Below the pieces are notes generated by a model, which worked only from the letters and a program-made list of their open reading frames with translations, made no database searches and was not told where the DNA came from. A stretch of DNA of 49,411 bases from Verrucomicrobiales bacterium (GTDB lineage: Bacteria > Verrucomicrobiota > Verrucomicrobiia > Limisphaerales > UBA9464), in contig JBEISV010000002.1 of assembly GCA_040375265.1 (NCBI GenBank), positions 1 through 49,411 on the forward strand, in the 5' to 3' direction. Below are positions 9,473-19,200 of this stretch, one piece after another (the stretch's first letter is position 1; each line of letters begins with the position of its first letter). A program made the translations under genes and the position numbers.

Positions 9473-11554
9473 ATGAAGCTGAGATTCCTTTCCGCCATGG
9501 TTGCCGCCGCCGCCCTGCTTTCCCATTCCCCGACCCACGGTGACGAGGGCATGTGGCTTTACGAAAATCCTCCGCGGCAACTGCTCAAGGAACGCCACGG
9601 CTTCGAGCTGACCGACGCGTGGCTGGACCACTTGATGAAGTCCTCGGTCCGGTTCAACTCCGGCGGCTCCGGCAGCTTCGTGAGCGAGGACGGGTTGGTG
9701 CTGTCCAACCACCACGTCGGCGCCGATGCGCTGCAAAAGCTGGGCACGGCCGAGAAAAATTACCTACGCGATGGTTTCCATGCCAAGTCGCTGGCCGAGG
9801 AACTGCCGTGCGTGGACCTGGAACTCAACGTCCTCCAGTCCATCGAGGACGTCACCGCCCGCGTGAATGCCGCCGTGCCGGCCAACGCCGCGCCCGACGA
9901 GGCGGTCAAGGCCCGGCGCCGGATCATCTCCGAGATCGAAAAGGAGTCGCAGGACAAGACTGGCCTGCGTTCCAACGTGACCACGCTTTACCAGGGCGGC
10001 GCCTATCATCTCTACCGCTTCAAGCGTTACACCGACGTGCGGCTCGTGTTTGCGCCGGAGCAGCAGGCGGCCTTCTTCGGCGGCGATCCGGACAACTTCG
10101 AGTTTCCGCGCTTCGACCTCGATGTCTGCTTCTTCCGCGCCTACGAGAACGGCAAGCCGGTGAAGGTGCCGCATCACCTCAAGTGGACCGAAACCCCGCT
10201 GAACGAAGGCGACCTGACCTTTGTGTCCGGGCATCCCGGCCGCACGAGCCGGCTGCTGACGATGGCTGAACTGGAGTATCTCCGGGACAACCAATTCCCC
10301 TACACGTTGGGCCGGCTCAAACGGATGGAGACGCTCCTGTCCGTCTGGAGCGACCGCAGCGAGGAGAACGCCCGGCGCGCGAAGGATGACCTGTTCGGCG
10401 TCCAGAATTCCCGCAAAGCCCGGGACGGCGGCCATGCCGGCCTCTACGACCCGGCGCTCATGGGCCGCAAGGCCGAGGCGGAAAAGCAATTCCGCGCCCG
10501 GCTGGCAGTGAGCGGGGAATACCCGGACGCGCAGGCCGCCTACGGGAAGATCGCGAATGCCCAGGCAGTGCTAAAAAAGCACGCGCTGCGGTTCCGCCTG
10601 CTGGAGGGCGAACACGGATTCACCAGCGACTCCTTCAACGTGGCGCGGACACTTCTCCGTGCCGGCGAGGAACGCCCCAAGGCCAACGGCGAACGCCTGC
10701 GGGAATTCACCGACTCCAACCTCCAGCCACTGGAACTGGACCTCTTCTCGGACAAGCCGATCTACGACGATTTCGAAATCCTCAAGTTCACCGACGGCCT
10801 GACCTTCCTCGCCGAGCAACTGGGCTTCAACGACCCGCTGGTGCAGCAGGTGCTGGCCGGCAAGTCGCCCAAGGCGCGAGCCACCGAGCTGATCCTCGGC
10901 AGCAAGGTCCGGGACGTCGCGTTCCGCCGTAAGCTCTACGAAGGCGGTGCGAAGGCGGTCGCCGACGCCAAGGATCCGCTGATCGAGGTGGCCCGCCTCG
11001 TGGATGGCGAGGCTCGCGAACTGCGCAAGTCCGTCGAGGCGCAGGACGAAATCAAGCAGCAGGCCCAGGCGGCCATCGCCAAGGCCCGGTTCGCCTTGGA
11101 AGGCACCAGCAGGTATCCCGACGCGACCTTCACATTGCGGTTGGCGTTCGGGCCAGTGAAGGGCTACGAGGAAAACGGCCAGAAAGTGGCGCCGTTCACC
11201 ACCCTAGCCGGCCTGTATGAACGCAGTGCCGCGATGAAGAACCGCGAGCCGTTTGACCTGCCGCCGAGGTGGGTGAAGAAGAAGTCGTCGCTCGACCTCA
11301 GCACACCCTACAACTTCATCACGACGGCCGACATCATTGGGGGCAATTCCGGCAGCCCGGTCGTCAATCGCGCCGGCGAATTTGTCGGCATCATCTTCGA
11401 CGGCAACCTGCCGTCGCTGGTCCTGGACTTTGCCTACGAGGACACCCAGGCCCGCGCCCTGAGCGTGGACGCCCGGGCGATCATCGAGGCGTTGAACGAG
11501 GTTTACGGCGCCAAGAACGTGGTCCGCGAACTCAAGAGCGGCCGTCGCAAGTAA
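9473..11554 (+). CDS. S46 family serine peptidase (dipeptidyl-peptidase 7/11-like)
   Basis: Signal peptide, then DEGMWLYENPP, SNHHVG (catalytic His region) and IGGNSGSPVVN (catalytic Ser). ATG at 9473 was chosen because the track start at 9395 lies inside the upstream terminator. Confidence 0.85.
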   Translation: MKLRFLSAMVAAAALLSHSPTHGDEGMWLYENPPRQLLKERHGFELTDAWLDHLMKSSVRFNSGGSGSFVSEDGLVLSNHHVGADALQKLGTAEKNYLRDGFHAKSLAEELPCVDLELNVLQSIEDVTARVNAAVPANAAPDEAVKARRRIISEIEKESQDKTGLRSNVTTLYQGGAYHLYRFKRYTDVRLVFAPEQQAAFFGGDPDNFEFPRFDLDVCFFRAYENGKPVKVPHHLKWTETPLNEGDLTFVSGHPGRTSRLLTMAELEYLRDNQFPYTLGRLKRMETLLSVWSDRSEENARRAKDDLFGVQNSRKARDGGHAGLYDPALMGRKAEAEKQFRARLAVSGEYPDAQAAYGKIANAQAVLKKHALRFRLLEGEHGFTSDSFNVARTLLRAGEERPKANGERLREFTDSNLQPLELDLFSDKPIYDDFEILKFTDGLTFLAEQLGFNDPLVQQVLAGKSPKARATELILGSKVRDVAFRRKLYEGGAKAVADAKDPLIEVARLVDGEARELRKSVEAQDEIKQQAQAAIAKARFALEGTSRYPDATFTLRLAFGPVKGYEENGQKVAPFTTLAGLYERSAAMKNREPFDLPPRWVKKKSSLDLSTPYNFITTADIIGGNSGSPVVNRAGEFVGIIFDGNLPSLVLDFAYEDTQARALSVDARAIIEALNEVYGAKNVVRELKSGRRK

Positions 11555-11623
11555 CCCGCTGGCCGGGCGTCAGGGCCGCGCCCGCGCCTTGCCTCGGCTG
11601 GCTGCCTTCCTAAGGTCACCTTC

Positions 11624-12130
11624 ATGGACGTTTTGCACGCGCCTTGGCGCATCGACTACATCCTGGCGCCGAAGAATCCCGCCGCGGCCGGCGAGGCGTC
11701 TTTGTTTACGGCCATCGGCCAGAGCAACGACGACGTGGAGAACTACGTCGTGGGGCGGGGCCGCTACTGCTACGCGGTGTTGAACACCTATCCCTACAAC
11801 GGCGGCCACCTGATGGTCGTGCCCTACCGCCAGATTGCGAACCTCGAGGAGCTCTCCGACGAGGAATCGCTGGAACTCATGCAGTTCTCCCGCCGGTGCG
11901 TCCGGGCATTGCGTGCCGTGATGCGGCCGCAGGGTTTCAACGTCGGCTTCAACCTTGGCAAGTGCGCCGGCGCCGGCATCATTGAGCACCTGCACCTGCA
12001 CATCGTCCCGCGCTGGGAAGGCGACACGAACTTCATGCCCGTGATCGCGAACAGCCGGGTCGTGCCCGAGGCGTTGAAGGACACGGCGGCGAAGCTGCGG
12101 GCCGAAATGGCCGCCGCGCCGGGCGCGTGA
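11624..12130 (+). CDS. HIT family protein (Ap4A phosphorylase / nucleotidyl hydrolase-transferase-like)
   Basis: NTYPYNGGHLMVVP and the histidine triad GAGIIEHLHLHIVPRW. Confidence 0.8.
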   Translation: MDVLHAPWRIDYILAPKNPAAAGEASLFTAIGQSNDDVENYVVGRGRYCYAVLNTYPYNGGHLMVVPYRQIANLEELSDEESLELMQFSRRCVRALRAVMRPQGFNVGFNLGKCAGAGIIEHLHLHIVPRWEGDTNFMPVIANSRVVPEALKDTAAKLRAEMAAAPGA

Positions 12131-12183
12131 AAGCCGGCTTGCTTCCGCCCTCCGCGATTCCGTAATCCGTCCCCCTGTTCCCG

Positions 12184-13152
12184 ATGATCTCCGAAACGCT
12201 TCATTTTGAGTCCGCCCGCGTGGCGCAGGCGCTTTACGCCAACGACGAACGCAACCTGCGCGCCCTGGAAACCGAGCTCGGCGTGAAGACCACCACCCGC
12301 GACGGGTGGATCAAGCTCGACGGCGACGCGGCCGGGGTCGCGCAGGCGAAGCGCCTGTTCAGCACCCTGGAGCGCAACCTCCGCGAGGGCAGCGGCGGCC
12401 GCCGGGGCGAGTTCACCTCCGCCTTGGCCGTGTTGAAGGCCGACGGGGCCGACGCGTTGGACGGCCTGTTCGAGCACCGCGTCCAAACCCATGCGAAGAA
12501 GGGTTCGGTCAACCCCAAGACCGTCGGCCAGCAGCGCTACCTGAAGGCCATCGCGGAAAACGATGTCACCTTTGGCGTCGGTCCGGCCGGCACGGGCAAG
12601 ACTTACCTCGCGATGGCGATGGCCACCGCCGCGCTCAAGGACGGCAAGGTCGGTCGCATCATCCTCACCCGGCCCGCCGTCGAGGCCGGCGAGGCGCTCG
12701 GTTTCCTGCCCGGCGACCTGTTGCAGAAGCTCGATCCCTACCTGCGGCCGCTCTACGACGCCTTGCACGACATGATGCCCTCCGAGGAAATCCAGCGGGC
12801 GATGGAACGCGGCGCCATCGAGATCGCGCCGCTGGCCTACATGCGCGGCCGGACCCTGAACCAGGCTTTCATCGTGCTCGACGAGGCCCAGAACACCTCG
12901 CCGGAACAGATGCTGATGTTCCTCACCCGGCTGGGCTTCGGCTCCAAGGCGGTCATCACCGGTGACCCCACGCAGGTCGACCTGCCGTCGGCGAAACGCT
13001 CCGGCCTCGTGGAAGCGGTCCAGACCCTCACCAAGGTCGAGGGCGTCGCCATCTGCCGGTTCGAGAAGCGCGACGTTGTGCGGCATCCCTTGGTCCAACG
13101 CATTGTCAACGCCTACGAACAGAGCCGCGGCACGCAGGCCAACCAGTATTGA
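12184..13152 (+). CDS. phoH: PhoH family ATPase
   Basis: Walker [28 protein letters not shown], and [11 protein letters not shown]. Full-length PhoH-like architecture. Confidence 0.9.
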   Translation: MISETLHFESARVAQALYANDERNLRALETELGVKTTTRDGWIKLDGDAAGVAQAKRLFSTLERNLREGSGGRRGEFTSALAVLKADGADALDGLFEHRVQTHAKKGSVNPKTVGQQRYLKAIAENDVTFGVGPAGTGKTYLAMAMATAALKDGKVGRIILTRPAVEAGEALGFLPGDLLQKLDPYLRPLYDALHDMMPSEEIQRAMERGAIEIAPLAYMRGRTLNQAFIVLDEAQNTSPEQMLMFLTRLGFGSKAVITGDPTQVDLPSAKRSGLVEAVQTLTKVEGVAICRFEKRDVVRHPLVQRIVNAYEQSRGTQANQY

Positions 13153-13193
13153 GGTCGCTATCCAATCCTGCCGCCGCGGGCCAACGCGAGAAT

Positions 13194-13232
13194 GGGCCGC
13201 CATTCTCCGAATGGTGGCCCTTTTTGCTTTTT
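13194..13232 (+). terminator. rho-independent terminator downstream of phoH
   Basis: 12-bp stem GGGCCGCCATTC / GAATGGTGGCCC (one G-U pair) with loop TCC, followed by TTTTTGCTTTTT. Confidence 0.75.
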
Positions 13233-13242
13233 GGAATCCGAT

Positions 13243-16200
13243 CTACTCGCCGTCCACCCGGCGCACCCGGAAGAACTCGCATGCAGTGCCAATCGGAACC
13301 TCCGTGGAGACGGCGGTTTCGCCTTTGGTGACGATTTCGCCGGTGTCGAACAACGGGAACCAAGTCCTCAGGTTGCCCGACGATTCGATGCGGTGGCGCA
13401 GGCCGATCGGGCCCGTCAGGCTGATCTGGCCCGTTCCATTTCCGACCGCTTCAAGCCGGACAATCTTGGCGCCTGACCTCTCGGCGGCGTAATCGACGCG
13501 GACCTCCGCGGGGAAGCCCAGCGTTCCGCCCGCCGCCGAGTCGGCGGCCAGCGACAACTTGAGGATCAGGGTCGGCGGAATTCCCCCGGGCGCTGGCAGG
13601 TTCGGGAGCAGGACCAGTCTTTGGCTCACGCCGTTCGGGAACTCGATCAGCCCCGGGGGCGGGAGGTTCGTCCCGAGTTCGCCGTCCGCGGCTGCAAATT
13701 CGATTTGGGCGACCAATCGGCCGGAGAACCCACCGGTCCGCACCAGGCGAAGGGTGGAAGGCGATCCCGGGTCGTGAAGATGGGTGGCGGTGACGAAGGC
13801 GAGGCTGCCGACACTGTCGTCGTCGAGGATCGTCGCGGTGGCCCGCAAATCGCCGTGTAGGGTGGCGCCCTCCGGGATCGAGGTGGCACCGGTGAGGGTC
13901 ACCATGACGGTGCGTCCCGGATTCGTTGCGGAGTCGTTGGCAAGGAGGCTGGCCCAATCAATCGCCCGGAAGCGTTCACCATCCCGGAACTCCAAGGTGA
14001 GTCGGTTGGTGCGGAGGAGGTTGGCCGAGTCGAGCAGTGACAGCTCCAACGTGGCGGGACCGGCGGCACCGCCGGAACGCACCACGGCCAGAACGTGGTC
14101 CGGGGAGCCGTTTTCCCGCACGACCAGGTTGGTGCGTGAGAGTGCGAACAGGCCCGGAGCGGACGCGGTTCCCAGCGGATCTCCGGACCCGAGTGACGCC
14201 AAGCTCTGGGCAAACCAACCGGACTGGCCGACGCGGAACTCGTCGTTGACGAGGACGTCGCTCCCGAGTGCCCGGAGGGCAGGGGCGGTGTCCACGAGGG
14301 ATCCGGCTTGCAGCCGCGCTAGACGTTCCAGCGCGTCCCGATCGGAGGTGGCGGCTCGCTTGGCATCGTTTTGCGCGCCGATGACGTCGCCGACCAGTTC
14401 AGTCAGCGGTTCCGGGACACTGACCCCGAGGGCGGTGGCGGCGTGATCTAACATTCCGCGCACCCAATCCGCGGCACCCGGGGCGCCCGCCGGCGGTTGA
14501 CGCACCGAAGAAGTCCACGATTGGAAGACTGTTTCGTCCGCCTGGCCGGGGGCAAGGTCCGGGCGGCGGCCTTCCAGCAGCGCCGCGAGCTGGCGGACGG
14601 TATCGGCAATGATGATGTTGGCCGCTTGGATTCGCAGGCCGGCAGGACTCGATTGCTCGGCGGAAGGCAACGGGTCAAACGCGGCGAGATCCAATCCGTC
14701 CGGCAGGCCGAAGAGATCGCGCACCCGGTCCTGGGCAGCGGCCTCGGTCAGCGAGCCGTCCCGGGTCAGGCGCTCCAGCAATGCGGTGAGCGGACTGATC
14801 ACCGCGGCATCGGCGGGCGCGGTCAACCTGCCGATGAACGGCAGGCCGGTCATGAGGTCCAGGCCGCCGGTGGCGACCAGTCGGCCATCGGTCGGTCCGA
14901 GGCGGCCGTCGCCGTTCCGGTCCCAGGTGGCGAGGTCCAGCTGAAGCTCGAAATTGCCGCTGCGGTCCGTGGTGGTCCGGGGTTCGCCGGCGTCCGGTTG
15001 CCCGTTCAGATCGGCATCCCACCAAAGGCTGGCCCCGGCGAGATAGCCGTCAAGGGCACGCATGCCGATGACCACGACCAAGTTTGGCAGGACCGTCACG
15101 CGGAAGGTGCGGGCGGCATCCAGCAGGCCGTCGCTGACCCTGGCTTCAACCACCGTCGTGAAGCCGGACTGGACGAGCGGTCCGGGACGCCAAGTCACCT
15201 GACCGTTGATTGGATCAATCTGGAAGCCGCGGCGGACCGATTCGGCATCGAGGCTGAAGGTCAGGCGCTGGCGGGGGCGATCGGAGTCGAGTGCGTTGAG
15301 CCGGACACGGAGCAGGTTTCCCTGACCCACCGTCTGGGCGGGGACTTCCGCCAACACCGGTGCCGTGTTCCGTTCCCGCACCGTCACCACGAAGGACGCC
15401 TCCATCACGGTGGCGCCGTCCGTCATCTCCACGGTGACAGTGACGCTCCGGCCGCCGTCGTTTTCGTCCGTGGGCCAGCGGAACTTGCCGTCCTCGGTCA
15501 CTTGCATCCGGGGATCGGGCGGGGCGATCAGCCGGAACTGAAGGTTGGCCGCATTCGCTGGAAGGACCCGGAATTCCACGAAGGCTTCGTTCCCTTCATC
15601 CACGGTGACGGGGCCCGGATTGAGCAGGTAAGGGGCGACGTAGGGCGGTTCGCAGGAGAAGACCTCCAGCGCTCCGGCCAGGTCATGCCAGACCACGGGA
15701 AACCCCTGCTCGATCAGGTTGAAGGCGCTGGCGACCGGCATGGCGGGGAAGTTTAGCCGGGCGAACCCATCGTTCAGGTCTTCTCCGAGCGCGGCCGCGA
15801 CGGCGGCGGCCGCGGCGTCGAGATGGGGTTCGGGCTGGGGTAGCACGAGCTGGCCGCTCGTCGCGCTCAGGCGGTTGGTCACCGGGGCGGCACCGAAGTC
15901 ATATTCGAGCCGTGCGCTCAGCGTCTGACCGGACAGGCGGAACAAGGTGGTGCTATCGAGGGTGATTTCCAGATCGCCGGAGTAGTGACGCCACTCCCGG
16001 GCCGTGAGCGGATCGTAGCCCCAGTCGAGGCCTTTCCGGTCTTCCACGAGGCGGAGGTCGAACCGCAATCCGAGTGCGTCCGCTGCCCGCCCAAGTTCAC
16101 GCAGGACCCGTTGGGTGCGTGGCAGGATGTTGCGGTCATTCAAGATGAAGTGGGCGCCGCGGAACGGGACAGGCCCCTGCGGGTGGGCTACGGCGACCTG

Positions 16201-19200
16201 ATTTGGGAACAGGTCCGGGGAGGACCAGCGGCGGGCCGCAACGGGCGGTAGCGCCCCCTCGGCGACCGGCAGCCATTCGAGCCAATGTCCGCCGGCGGCT
16301 TCGGTGGCGAGCAGGCCTTCGTTTTCGGAGGTCATCCCGTCGACTGTCGGTTTCTCGAAGACGCCACTGAAAGGCACCGAGAACCGTCGGGGTGCGATCC
16401 GGATGGTGAAGGGTTCGGCATCGGAAAGCGGTTCCGGATCCTGGACGGTGGCCGTGCCGCTGACCTCAATGCAACCGGCGTCCGCGGGCACATTCCAGGT
16501 TAGCAGTCCGGTGAAGGGATCGACCCGGAGTCCGCGGCGAACCGATTCCGCATCAAGGCTGAAAGTCAGGGCCTGTGGGGGCACGTCCGGATCGGTGGCC
16601 CGTAATTGGACGGACAGGACGTCGCCGGGCGCGGCGGGAATTATCCCGACGGGTTGGAGGTCGGGCGGCCGGTTGTTGGCGCTGAGATCGTCGCAACCCG
16701 AGATCAGGATGGCACCGTTGGCGGTATAGAGGCCCATCGGGGCAAGCTGCGCGCAGATCTGCTGGTTCGGATCGAGGAGGGCGCATTGGATGGCGGCCTG
16801 CGCCAGCACGTCCGTGTCCACCGCGGTCAACTGGTCCATCCGGAAGGACAGACGACGGCCGGCCAATTCATCGGCCAAAACCGCCGCGAGGCCGCGGACA
16901 AATCCGTCGTTGGCGACGAGGTCGGGATTGCTGAAGGACTCCTCCATCTGCCCTTCCTCGGTCCGGGCCGTGATGGTGTCGTCATTGGGATCGCTGAGGA
17001 CATTGTAGGCGACGTTAAGGTGCAGCGGGGGCTGGGCTTCGACCGTTTGGGTCAGGCGGAACCCGTGCCCGGCGCCGTCGTAATACCAAATTTCCGCGCG
17101 TTGGACTGGGCCTTGGTTTCGGCCGGGCTTCGCGCGGTAGATCCGCCATTCGTTCGTAGTTGCGGCGACGTAACCCCAGTCCACCCCCTGAACGTCCGTT
17201 TCCCCTGCGTTGAGGCCGCGTCCAAGGTAGTATTCGCCGAAGCGCAGCCAGAGTTCTCCCTGATTGTCGCCGAGCAATGCCGCGATCCGGGGCAGAGCCA
17301 CGAGGTTGGTCAGGCGGGCGACGCCGCGGGACTCCACGTTCGCGAGCGGAAATCTGGGGTCACCATTCAACCGGTCCTGCCGCACCCGCGCGTCCGGCCG
17401 CGCTCCCGGCCAGCTGAGGGAACGGTAAGCTTTCAGGAAGCAGTTCGCCTGCGCGAAGCAGGTGCCGGGGGTATTGGTGATGAACCCGGTCAGCCAGATC
17501 AGGTCGTGCCCCAGATCCCAGCCCAGCACCGCGTTCGCGACGAGATGGTTCATCAGGTTCGGTGCTTCGCCGTCGATGCGGTTGGTGATGGTTGAGGACA
17601 GCGGGATGAGGGGCTGCACGCCGAGCAGGATTCGCCCCAACGCGGCGTTGCCGACGGAATCGCGGGCCTCCACGACCAATAACTGTCCGGCGCAGCCGGC
17701 GAACGCTTCCGGCGTCCACGTAAGGTGCCCGTCAGGGGTCACCGTCGGGTTGCCCGGAATTGGATTTCCCGGGATCACCTGAAAAGTCAGCGGGTCGGGA
17801 AGCAGCGCGTCGCCTACCCAGATTTGGTCCGCATCGGACACGAAACGGCTCAAGTCCAATACCAGCTCCTGCCCGACGACTCCCTGCTGCGCCGGCACGG
17901 GGCGCCAGACAGGCGGCCCGTTGCGCTCGCCCACTTCCACCGTGATCACATTCGTGGCCTTCTGGTTCGCATCGAACAGGTCATTCGCCACCAAGGTGAA
18001 TTGCCAGGTCCGGCCGCCCGCATCTTCCCGGGGAGTCCAGTCAGGTATCTGCACGCCACCATCGGCTTGGGTGGCGACAGGGAAGGCTGGGACGCCGGCG
18101 GGCCCGAGCGTCCCATACGATTCGAGGCGGCCAACCGCCCCGTTGGGATCGAAAACCCGGAGCCGTGGAAAATGGACCGGCTGCCCTTCCGTTGCTTGCA
18201 GCTGGATGAGCGGCTGTGGGTCGCCCCAATAGGGGGCGAGGTTCTCCAAGGTCGGGCTAAGCAGGAAGGTGACCTGATTGGTGAGTCCGCTGGTCTCTGG
18301 CTGCCCTTCCACTTCGGCGGCGCGTCTCTCGACCGCCGCCACCGTGACCCAATAGGAACCGAGGCGCGGACCGCCGGGATCCGGAGTCCACCGGATCTGG
18401 CCATTGACGATTGGCAATGCGCCCAGGTCGGGAATCCCGACGTTTCCGCTGACCGCGTTGGCGCTCCAGTTGAATCCGACCGCCTGTTGATCCGGGTCGT
18501 TGGCCACGAGCGGAATCACCAGTTCGAGCCCATAGGCGTAGTTCCGGTCGGGGATCGGCGTGATGACGGGCAGATCGTCCACTTCGGCCACCGTGACGGT
18601 GTAGAAGAGGTGATTGGTCTCGCCGGCGAGCACGGCGGTCACGCGGAACGTATTGGTGGTTCCGCCGGCGGGTTCGTCGGGGATGCCGCTGAACAGGCCG
18701 TTGGCATCAAGGGCCACTCCGGAGGGAAGTTGCCCTTCCACCACGCTGAATACGGCGTGCCGGCCGTCCTGTGGCGAGATCAGAATTGCGGGCCAGTTGG
18801 TCGCCGGGGCCGGGGCCGCGTGTTCGGACCACTCGAGGCGGTGCAGGCTGGAGGCGACGGCCAGCTGGAACCGGTTGGTCGCGGATCCGCCGGCCTCGTC
18901 CTGCACGATCAGGGTGACCGTTGATTCCACGGCCTCCCCGAGCGGGGTCCAAGTCAGCGGGAAAGTGCCGTCCGCAGTTCGGGCTCCAACGACGATTTCC
19001 GGCCGATCGGTGATCAGGCTGAGGGGTTGGGCCGGCAGATCCGCATCGGTGACAGTCACGTTCAGGCTCCAAGGCCGTCCGGCGACGAGTTGCTGCTCGG
19101 CAACCGGGATGATGACGGGGGCTTGGTTGGCCTCGTCCACCATCATCTCGGCGATCCGATGTTCGGTGGCGCCGGGAAGCGTGCGGGTGAAGGGCACGCT

